Of a stretch of 32,000 bases of DNA, positions 24,910 through 31,557 are shown piece by piece (the first letter of the stretch is position 1; every line of letters begins with the position of its first letter). Both the position numbers and the translations under genes were made by a program. This DNA is from Rhodobium orientis (lineage in GTDB: Bacteria; Pseudomonadota; Alphaproteobacteria; Rhizobiales; Rhodobiaceae). The stretch spans positions 17,941-49,940 of the forward strand of contig NZ_NPEV01000024.1 in NCBI RefSeq assembly GCF_003258835.1, read 5' to 3'. The notes under the pieces are model-generated. The model did not search any database. It was not told the origin of the DNA and saw nothing but the letters and a program-made list of their open reading frames with translations.

Positions 24910-26670
24910 CTACAAACTCAGCCCACGCTTTCGGCCGAAGCTCCAATCAATGCCGCTGCTGCCACGCACCAACCCGGAGACCTCTTGCCCCAGCTTCTTC
25001 TCAAGCGACGGCGACCACGGCACCAGCTGGAAGCCGAACCCACTGTCGATCATGGCGAAGCGGCCGGAGGATAGCGTCAGCCTTTGGCGGTAGCAGCCAG
25101 TGACATGCTCGCCGGTCGCGGATTCCACATAAGGCAATCCGGTGTCATCGGCGAGCTTTTCCGCCGCCGCGTCTAGCTCTCGACGACGCAACGTGTTGAT
25201 TAGGTCGCGCTGCAGAATAATGCGCTGCCCTTGCCGGCGCGCAAGACCTTCGCCGGCGAGGTGGTCCGCGCGCGCTTTCATCGCTGCGCCAACCTCGCCC
25301 CCGAACCCGCCCGTTGAGAGCGGTATGGGATCTCGTTCGACCAGCCGGTGATCGAGCCAGGTCGCGCCCGGTGCAACGATTTGACCTTTGAGATCGAGAT
25401 CCGAGCGGAGCGCCAGGACAAGGGTGGGGCGGCGACCTTCTGCCTCACCGAAGCGCCGCACCTCGACGATGCCGCCAAGTGGCGGTGCATGCTCAAAGGC
25501 TTCGATACCACGGAAGCGGATATGATGGGCGCGCCCGTCGGTGCCATCGATCACGGCATAGGCCTCGCCGGTCAACTCGTCATGCAGCCCACGATCAACG
25601 AGCCGGCCGATGATTGGGGTAGCTGCTTCTCCGGTCTCGATCGCGAAATCAGCGATGCCGCGGTCCTGGCCGCGTTCGGCAAAGGCGCGATGCATGGTCT
25701 TGATGATATCGTCGCGCATGTCGAGATCGCGTAGCTTGCGTTCAGCTTCAAGACCGACCATCCATTCGCCCGGACCAGCCGGCGAAGCGAGGCCCATGTT
25801 CTCCAGATGCTGCAGGCGGCCGATCATCAACCGGCGGGGTTCGCTGTTGCGCATGTCACCGGCATCCGGGCGGAGATCGATATGCCCGGTATCGTCGGCG
25901 GCGAAACGGATTTCGCGATCGAGGCTCGTCCAACGCTCGGCGGTGATTTCCTTTTCGAGCGTTGCGCGGATTTCGTGCTCCGGCTTCGGGCCCAGTTCCA
26001 GCGAGACCAGTTCTTCGCCGCGCGAGCGCAGGCCACGGCTGATGTAGTCCCGAGAGATGACGAGGTCGGCGCCGGTCTGGTCGACGCCGCGAACCAGAAG
26101 ATGGACATGCGGATTGTCGGTGTTCCAGTGATCGACGGCGATCCAGTCGAGCCTGGTGCCGAGATCCGTTTCCATCTGCCCCGCGAGATCACGGGTGAAG
26201 ACCTTTAGGTCTTGCATGTCGGCGGCTTCCTCGGGCGAGACGATAAATCGGAAATGATGCCGGTCGTCCTCACATCGCTCGGCGAAAGCGCGGTCGTCGG
26301 CACTGTCGCTCGCCGCGTCGAACATGATGCCGCGTTCGCCATCGCGGGTGACGCCTTCGCGCTTCAGATAGGCGACATGAGCGGCAAGTGGCGCGGAACG
26401 AAAGGCTCGGCCTCTGTGGCGGACAACGCGGGCCTTTACGACAACGCGCCTGGATGGGCTGAAGAGACGGGCGCGGGCGAAGCGTGTGCGGCCCCGGCCG
26501 AAGCTTGATCGGCCATAGCCGGAACCACGGCCACCGGTTCCGGTCGCCGAGACATGCCCGGACTTCTTGGCGGCACGGATCACCTGGTTGATAAAGCTCT
26601 TCTGGCGGGGAACCCGTTTGTCGCGAATACGGCCGGGGCGAATACGGAAGTCGCGGTCATCGCTGCTCAT
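24910..26670 (-). CDS. Relaxase / mobilisation nuclease (VirD2-like N-domain plus DUF3363-type C-domain)
   Basis: 586 aa. Candidate catalytic-Tyr region: AAHVAYLKREGV. His-triad motif: VDHWNTDNPHVHLLVRG. The long C-terminal domain resembles relaxases of this ICE family (RlxS-like). Confidence 0.9.
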   Translation of the reverse strand: MSSDDRDFRIRPGRIRDKRVPRQKSFINQVIRAAKKSGHVSATGTGGRGSGYGRSSFGRGRTRFARARLFSPSRRVVVKARVVRHRGRAFRSAPLAAHVAYLKREGVTRDGERGIMFDAASDSADDRAFAERCEDDRHHFRFIVSPEEAADMQDLKVFTRDLAGQMETDLGTRLDWIAVDHWNTDNPHVHLLVRGVDQTGADLVISRDYISRGLRSRGEELVSLELGPKPEHEIRATLEKEITAERWTSLDREIRFAADDTGHIDLRPDAGDMRNSEPRRLMIGRLQHLENMGLASPAGPGEWMVGLEAERKLRDLDMRDDIIKTMHRAFAERGQDRGIADFAIETGEAATPIIGRLVDRGLHDELTGEAYAVIDGTDGRAHHIRFRGIEAFEHAPPLGGIVEVRRFGEAEGRRPTLVLALRSDLDLKGQIVAPGATWLDHRLVERDPIPLSTGGFGGEVGAAMKARADHLAGEGLARRQGQRIILQRDLINTLRRRELDAAAEKLADDTGLPYVESATGEHVTGCYRQRLTLSSGRFAMIDSGFGFQLVPWSPSLEKKLGQEVSGLVRGSSGIDWSFGRKRGLSL

Positions 26671-26924
26671 CGCGCGCCTTCCTCATCCCGGAATCTGGCT
26701 GCAGTGCCGAAAATAGCATTGAAATCACACGACAATTCATCGGCGGCGGCACGCGGCCCGACCGACCGGCACGCCGGAATCCAGGTCATTTCAATGACTT
26801 GCGATTCGAGCGGCGTGCCCCTTTTATCTCGCCGTCCTTCGGTCGTGCTCTCTCGCTCAACACGCATTTCCGTCAGGGCTTTGCGGGAGCACGCCCATCT
26901 TCGCCATGATGCACTCGCGGTCAT
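26667..26924 (-). CDS. Hypothetical 85-aa ORF, coupled at both ends between the transglycosylase and relaxase genes (coding status uncertain)
   Basis: Its ATG overlaps the upstream stop (ATGA at 26921-26924) and its TGA overlaps the relaxase ATG (26667-26670). However, I recognise no family, it is rich in rare codons (CGA, AGA, AGG, GGA, AAA), and third-position G+C is only about 60% by hand count. Confidence 0.3.
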   Translation of the reverse strand: MTASASWRRWACSRKALTEMRVERESTTEGRRDKRGTPLESQVIEMTWIPACRSVGPRAAADELSCDFNAIFGTAARFRDEEGAR

Positions 26925-27706
26925 CGGCGCTCGCTCGGCTGCGATGGCGTGACGAACAGCCCGCTATCCCGAGGAGTGAGATCCATGTCGGTGCCGTCGG
27001 CCTGTGTCTGTGTGACGGTCGCAGGCTCCACCGACGATCCCGCCGGAACAGCGGCGGCACTGCCGTCGGCTTTCGCGGCGAAGAGCGGAGAATGTTTCCA
27101 ATAGCTGCGGTTGATGTGCACGGGGATTGCCGCGAGGGAAGCGGCAGAGATATCGACATAGGGCGCGAGAACCGCAGCATAGTTGCGCGTTTCGGCCGGC
27201 AGTGCTCGCCCGTCGACGAGATACTCGTCGTAGCGGCCTGGTCCGGCATTGTAGGCGGCGAGGAAACCCGGAGATCCGTATTGGTCATGGAGTTCACGCA
27301 GATAGGCCGTGCCCGCGAGGATGTTCTTGCGCGGATCGAAAGGGTCGTTCCCCAGGCGATATCGGGTGCTCAACTCGATCCAGGTGTTGGGCATGATCTG
27401 CATCAGCCCTATCGCACCCTTGGAGGAAACTGCGCGCTCGATCCCGTCGCTTTCGGCCGTCATTACGGCGCGGAGCAAACGTTCGGGAAGCCCGAAGCGA
27501 CGTGACGCCTCGGCGACATACGCGCTGTAGGGATCGACGGCGGATCGCGTTTCGGTCGTGGTGGTCTGCGCGATCGCGCTGCTCGGGAAGACGGGCGGCG
27601 AGACACAGAAGGTCAGCAGGCCGGAAAGGAGAAGGAGGTTGGGACAGGCGGAGGGGGGCCTGCCAGTTGTAAGCCCTGCCTCGTGGAAATGATGTATGCG
27701 GGACAT
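26921..27706 (-). CDS. Lytic transglycosylase (SLT domain), secreted
   Basis: Internal ATG at 27706 (MSRIHHF...), 4 nt after the DUF736 stop. Signal/TM: NLLLLSGLLTFCVSPPVF. SLT motifs: AVMTAESDG, GLMQIMPNTW, AYNAGPGRY. Confidence 0.88.
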   Translation of the reverse strand: MSRIHHFHEAGLTTGRPPSACPNLLLLSGLLTFCVSPPVFPSSAIAQTTTTETRSAVDPYSAYVAEASRRFGLPERLLRAVMTAESDGIERAVSSKGAIGLMQIMPNTWIELSTRYRLGNDPFDPRKNILAGTAYLRELHDQYGSPGFLAAYNAGPGRYDEYLVDGRALPAETRNYAAVLAPYVDISAASLAAIPVHINRSYWKHSPLFAAKADGSAAAVPAGSSVEPATVTQTQADGTDMDLTPRDSGLFVTPSQPSERR

Positions 27707-27710
27707 CGTT

Positions 27711-28046
27711 TCAGTCCTTGTCGCCGCTCTTCGGGGGACGGTTCCACCGCAGCGTCCAGGTGTCGCTCTCGGCTTCGAGCTGAAACAGATTGGCGCGGAT
27801 CGGACGGTCGAACGTCGGGTCGTCAAGCTGCAAAGAGAGGTAGTCGCCGGCCTTTTCACCGCTGCGCTTCCAGGCTGCTCCAACCTCAATGCCGGAGCCG
27901 TCACCGTGGTGAACGCGGTAGTCCGGTGCGTTTTCGGCATCCGAGCTTTCGGTCGGTACGAGTGTCAGCTCGCGGTCGAGTGTGAGCGTATGGATGTATC
28001 CGGTGTAGCCGGATTTGGTGCGGGTGAATTGTCCTATCTGTGTCAT
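27711..28046 (-). CDS. DUF736-family protein
   Basis: 111 aa: MTQIGQFTRTKSGYTGYIHTLTLDRELTLVP...APDYRV...EVGAAWKRSGEKAGDYLSLQLDDPTF..PIRANLF, matching my memory of DUF736 proteins. ATGA overlap with the upstream gene. Confidence 0.85.
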   Translation of the reverse strand: MTQIGQFTRTKSGYTGYIHTLTLDRELTLVPTESSDAENAPDYRVHHGDGSGIEVGAAWKRSGEKAGDYLSLQLDDPTFDRPIRANLFQLEAESDTWTLRWNRPPKSGDKD

Positions 28047-28648
28047 GGGTTAGGTCCTTTCATCGTCTTTGGGGTGGATTTGCGATTGCGGGAATGCGGT
28101 GCTCGTCGAACAGGTGCGCGCCATTCGAGGTGGTCGTCTCCGGCCTCGTCGGTGAAAAGCGGGGTTGCGCGGCCGATAATTGCGTCGCGCGGCAGCGGCC
28201 CGACATACCGGCTGTCGAGGCTGTCGGGATGCTGCCAATTGAGGAGAAAGACTTCGCCGTCGGCGATGCGCCGGCAGCCCTGCCAGACAGGCAGGGCGCG
28301 GCCAACCAGATCCTGTTTCTTCGCCTCCGCCGTCGCGATCCCATCGACGGTCACCGCGCGACCGTTCCGGCAAACCCGCTGACCGGGTAGTGCGACGATC
28401 CGCTTCAGGAGTGGCACTCCGAGCGGCAGATATCCGCGCTGCTCAAGCATGTGAGCGAGGGGCGCTGGTGGTACGATGGCGACGAGGTCCGGGACCTCGA
28501 GATGTTCGTCCGGCTGGATGAGATAGAGACCGACCGGCGCGCTGGCCGAAGCATTCCAGAGCAACCATGGGGTCACGGGAACAAGGGCCGAGACGCCGAT
28601 TGCCGTCGCGCTGAGGCCGGTGACCATGACGTAACCGAACCGGGTCAT
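28043..28648 (-). CDS. traF: S26-family signal-peptidase-like conjugal transfer protein TraF
   Basis: Internal ATG at 28648 of track ORF 28043..29245 (ATGA overlap with the DUF2840 stop). 201 aa. Catalytic Ser context: WNASASAPVGLY. Lys context: LLKRIVALPGQRV. Also RYVGPLP. Confidence 0.85.
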   Translation of the reverse strand: MTRFGYVMVTGLSATAIGVSALVPVTPWLLWNASASAPVGLYLIQPDEHLEVPDLVAIVPPAPLAHMLEQRGYLPLGVPLLKRIVALPGQRVCRNGRAVTVDGIATAEAKKQDLVGRALPVWQGCRRIADGEVFLLNWQHPDSLDSRYVGPLPRDAIIGRATPLFTDEAGDDHLEWRAPVRRAPHSRNRKSTPKTMKGPNP

Positions 28649-29166
28649 GGTTCCGCTCTCTGTCGCAGTCGCCAAGCATGATGCTGGGTGCGCGTATAGC
28701 TGCGCGGTTCCTGCACCACGGTCAGGCGATTGTGGACGTGGCGCCAATAGTTCGGCGCGACGTCGACAGGATCGATGTCGAGCGCCTCGATGGCGTCGAC
28801 GGCTTGCAGCACGCGCTCGACCTTGGGCCAGCCGGAGACCTTGAGCAGGATGTCGCCGCCGGGGCGGACGAAGGGAAGCGTCTGATAGGGTGTGCCCGGT
28901 GCAACGGCACGGACGATGTCGATGCGGGAGATGATCGTGCCATAGTCGTTGGCGGCCCACCGAGCGAAGGCGAAAATGTTGCCGGGCGCGAAGCTGACGA
29001 TGCGGTGCTTGTGGTTGAGAATTTGCTCGTCGGTGATGTGGCCGAACCGGATCCAGTGTTCGATCCGCTTCTCGATCCAGGTAAGTTCGACGCGTGTCAC
29101 GACGCCCGCGGGTCGTCTTGCTGGTGCCGGGTTGCCGCCGATGCGCGGCGCGACGTTGCCCGTCAT
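28645..29166 (-). CDS. DUF2840-family protein
   Basis: 173 aa: TRVELTWIEKRIEHWIRFGH...IVSFAPGNIFAFARWAANDYGTIISRIDIVRAV, matching my memory of DUF2840 proteins conserved downstream of parA in these elements. ATGA overlaps at both ends. Confidence 0.8.
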   Translation of the reverse strand: MTGNVAPRIGGNPAPARRPAGVVTRVELTWIEKRIEHWIRFGHITDEQILNHKHRIVSFAPGNIFAFARWAANDYGTIISRIDIVRAVAPGTPYQTLPFVRPGGDILLKVSGWPKVERVLQAVDAIEALDIDPVDVAPNYWRHVHNRLTVVQEPRSYTRTQHHAWRLRQRAEP

Positions 29167-29408
29167 GGCTGGTCTCCTTCGGGTTCGGGGAATTCGCGGG
29201 CAAGCAAATCGCGCAGCATGTCGGCGACTGTGACGCCGCGCTCAAAGGCGGCGATCTTGATGCGCCCGCGCAACTCCGGCGTGATGTCGATGGTCAGGCG
29301 TGCGGTGTAGCCGGGGCGTTCGGCCGTGGCGCGGCCCGGCGACTTGATCCAGTGCTCGGGGTCGCTCGGACGCGCCGCAAATCCGCGCTTGGCGGGACGG
29401 TACGTCAT
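29163..29408 (-). CDS. Small ribbon-helix-helix protein, candidate ParG/ParB-type centromere-binding partner of ParA
   Basis: 81 aa. Disordered basic N-terminus, then RLTIDITPELRGRIKIAAFERGVTVADMLRDLL, an RHH pattern. It is immediately downstream of, and ATGA-coupled to, a 212-aa ParA, which is the type Ib partition layout. Confidence 0.6.
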   Translation of the reverse strand: MTYRPAKRGFAARPSDPEHWIKSPGRATAERPGYTARLTIDITPELRGRIKIAAFERGVTVADMLRDLLAREFPEPEGDQP

Positions 29409-30043
29409 CGGGTTAGCCTCCCGATCTCGGTCGCGAGGGCGCTGATCTCTTTTGCTGCCATGCTCTCGTGATTTATCTCGAAGGCGAGCCGGCCGAACTG
29501 GGCGGCGGTTGCGAAGACGACGCGCTGGCCGATGTACGACCGCAGGACGGGTGGATCCTGGTCCGCCAGCGCCTCGGAGGTTTCGCGGGCGATGATGGTC
29601 CGCGCCGCCGAGCGGTTGAGAACGAAGCGCACGACGAGTTGCGGCCGGAATATCCGCGCTTCCTCGATCAGCCGCAGGATCTCGGCAGAGGCCCAGCCGT
29701 CGAAAGGCGATGGCTGCACGGGGATAAGAACGATGTCGGCGGCGAGCAGGGCCGAGCGCATCAGTCCAGCCACGCGGGGCGGCCCGTCGATAACGACATG
29801 GTCCGCGTTGCGGGCAAGTTCGGGCGCCTCACGATGCAGCGTGTCGCGCGCCAGGCCGATGATGCCGAAGAGCCGTGGCAGGCCCTCCCTCGCGCGCTGT
29901 TCCGACCAGTCGAGTGCGGAGCCCTGGGGGTCGGCATCGACAAGCGTGACCCGGTCTCCGCGTCGCGCCCATTCGCCCGCAAGGTGAAGGGCCAGGGTGG
30001 TTTTTCCGACGCCTCCTTTCTGATTGAGGAGGGCCACGATCAT
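29405..30043 (-). CDS. parA: ParA-family partition ATPase (short, type Ib-like)
   Basis: 212 aa. Deviant Walker A: LNQKGGVGKTT. Also VTLVDADPQGS. Strong SD GGAGGTG 4 nt upstream of the ATG. Confidence 0.92.
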   Translation of the reverse strand: MIVALLNQKGGVGKTTLALHLAGEWARRGDRVTLVDADPQGSALDWSEQRAREGLPRLFGIIGLARDTLHREAPELARNADHVVIDGPPRVAGLMRSALLAADIVLIPVQPSPFDGWASAEILRLIEEARIFRPQLVVRFVLNRSAARTIIARETSEALADQDPPVLRSYIGQRVVFATAAQFGRLAFEINHESMAAKEISALATEIGRLTR

Positions 30044-31152
30044 GATGCACCTCCGGCGTTTCGCGGATTTGGGACATCGGTGATGGGGTCCGGGCTAGCG
30101 TCTCCTTCGGGGTTTTCCCCAGAATGCCGACCTCTAAAGAAGTTAGAATCCTTGTTAGACTCTAAGTTAGGGGCGCGATTATCTGTTTGCTCATGGTGGT
30201 TTAAGCCCGGTTCGGGTTCCCGATGGCACGACGGTGCGGTTCCCGATGGCACGATAGAGCGGGTTCCCGATAGCACGACGGCGTCCACAGCTTGTCTACG
30301 GGGTGCCGGTTCGAAGGCGAGCAGGGTGCGGCGGGCCTCGAACTCGAGGAACAGGCTGTAACCTGGAAGCGCCTGCCGTTTGACGATGGCCCGCAGCTCG
30401 AAAGCGAACCGTTTGAACGGCGATAGGCTGCCGGATTTGAGATAGAGATGTCGGAAGTCGAAATGCCAGCCGTTGGTCTGTTTGCCGCCGTGCTTGCGAA
30501 CGATCCGGTAGAGCCAGCGTTCGAGCCCGCCCGTCAGCCCGAAATAAGCCCGGTCGATGGTGAGAATGAGGGCATCGTCGAGAACGGCCTTGTAGAACCA
30601 GTCCGGGACGATGAGTTCGATCCCCTCGGGATTGCCGCGTGCATCGCTGCGCTCCGTCCACTCATTGATCCAGGAGAAGCGATGCATGCGCCGCGCGGTT
30701 CGGTCTGCGGCGCCGGAATGCGCCCGTGGATTGCGTGGCGGCTGACGTATTGTCGTCGCCACCGTCGTCGATTGCAGCCGGTCGAGGGCCGCCTTGAGAC
30801 GCCGATAGTCGCGCGCGCCGGTGCCGCGGCCGACGAAGGTGAGGATCTGGTAGGGCGTTGCGATCATCAGGCGCGAGGTGCGGATTCCGTTGTCACGGGC
30901 CTCGACGATCTGGCTTGCCGCCCAGATCAGGATGTCGGCGTCCCAGATGGTCGCCATGCCGTGTTCGGGCACGGCCTCCACCCGGATCGCCACCGGGCCG
31001 GCCCGATAGTCGATCGGCGTCGTGCGAGGAGATTTGGCAAGACTGAAGAAGGGATAGGCCATGAGGTCCTGCGCATCGCGGGGCGCGAGATTGCTGGGGA
31101 GGGCGCGAAACAGTTCGAGCTGCTGCCTCTCCGATGTGCGAGATCGCGCCAT
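30040..31152 (-). CDS. repA: Replication initiator protein A (RPA family)
   Basis: 370 aa, ATG start. LMAYPFFSLAKSPRTTPIDYRAGPVAIRVEAVPEHGMATIWDADILIWAASQIVEA...RFSWINEW...IELIVPDWFYKAV matches my memory of 'replication initiator protein A'. The last 80 aa or so are low-complexity and overlap the repeats listed above. ATGA overlap with parA. Confidence 0.85.
   Translation of the reverse strand: MARSRTSERQQLELFRALPSNLAPRDAQDLMAYPFFSLAKSPRTTPIDYRAGPVAIRVEAVPEHGMATIWDADILIWAASQIVEARDNGIRTSRLMIATPYQILTFVGRGTGARDYRRLKAALDRLQSTTVATTIRQPPRNPRAHSGAADRTARRMHRFSWINEWTERSDARGNPEGIELIVPDWFYKAVLDDALILTIDRAYFGLTGGLERWLYRIVRKHGGKQTNGWHFDFRHLYLKSGSLSPFKRFAFELRAIVKRQALPGYSLFLEFEARRTLLAFEPAPRRQAVDAVVLSGTRSIVPSGTAPSCHREPEPGLNHHEQTDNRAPNLESNKDSNFFRGRHSGENPEGDASPDPITDVPNPRNAGGAS
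30142..30170. repeat. AT-rich patch with GTTAG repeated at 12-bp spacing (30142, 30154, 30166) and CTAA/TTAG half-palindromes
   Basis: Read directly: ...ctctaaagaaGTTAGaatccttGTTAGactctaaGTTAGggg. It is locally much lower in G+C than its surroundings and lies 100-130 bp upstream of the parA ATG. Confidence 0.6.
30215..30278. repeat. Three iteron-like direct repeats GGTTCCCGAT(G/A)GCACGA at 23-24 bp spacing
   Basis: Copies at 30215-30231, 30238-30254 and 30262-30278 (17/17, 17/17, 16/17), read directly. They lie inside the 3' tail of the repA ORF, 170-235 bp upstream of parA. Confidence 0.75.
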
Positions 31153-31161
31153 GGTGGGAGA

Positions 31162-31437
31162 TCAGCGGCGGTTGGTGTCGTGCGAAGTGTCGTCGTGCCG
31201 CTTGGCGGGCAGGACCGTGCCGGTGCCAGGATCGGAGGTTGATATCTTAGCGCCGCGGTTCGCCCAGGCCTGCAGGTCCTCGACGGAATAGACGACGCGA
31301 CCGCCGAGCTTGCGATAGGCGGGACCGGTGCCGTAGGTGCGGTGCTTCTCGAGCGTCCGGCCGGACAGGCCGAGGAAGCGCGCGGCTTCGGGGGTTCTGA
31401 GATAGCGTGGCGGCAAGCCGGTGGGCGTTGCGGACAT
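31162..31437 (-). CDS. Excisionase/AlpA-type helix-turn-helix (HTH_17) protein, candidate RdfS-like recombination directionality factor
   Basis: 91 aa. SD GGAGG 7-11 nt upstream of the ATG. RYLRTPEAARFLGLSGRTLEKHRTYGTGPAYRKLGGRVVYSVEDLQAWA is the MerR-superfamily excisionase HTH pattern. It is the first gene of the coupled operon. Confidence 0.78.
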   Translation of the reverse strand: MSATPTGLPPRYLRTPEAARFLGLSGRTLEKHRTYGTGPAYRKLGGRVVYSVEDLQAWANRGAKISTSDPGTGTVLPAKRHDDTSHDTNRR

Positions 31438-31524
31438 GGTCGTGCCTCCGTAGTCCTTCGAGTGACCGCCGGATATCGGCGGTTCGATGGGAGCACGGTG
31501 GCGGAGAAGGCGCGGCGAGAGGGA

Positions 31525-31552
31525 GTGCGAAGACGCGACGGCGTTTTCGCAC
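31525..31552. promoter_or_regulatory. Inverted repeat GTGCGAA-14 nt-TTCGCAC in the 120-bp gap between the DUF2285 gene and the HTH gene
   Basis: Read directly. A second inverted repeat, ACCGCC-7 nt-GGCGGT, lies in the same 31438-31557 gap. Either could be a terminator or an operator. Confidence 0.3.
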
Positions 31553-31557
31553 CCTCA

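Noticed and set aside
30215-30278. Possible CRISPR array (three direct repeats)
   Set aside because: The repeats are only 17 bp with 6-7 bp between them, there are only three copies, they lie inside an ORF, and there are no cas genes. They are interpreted as iterons or a centromere instead.
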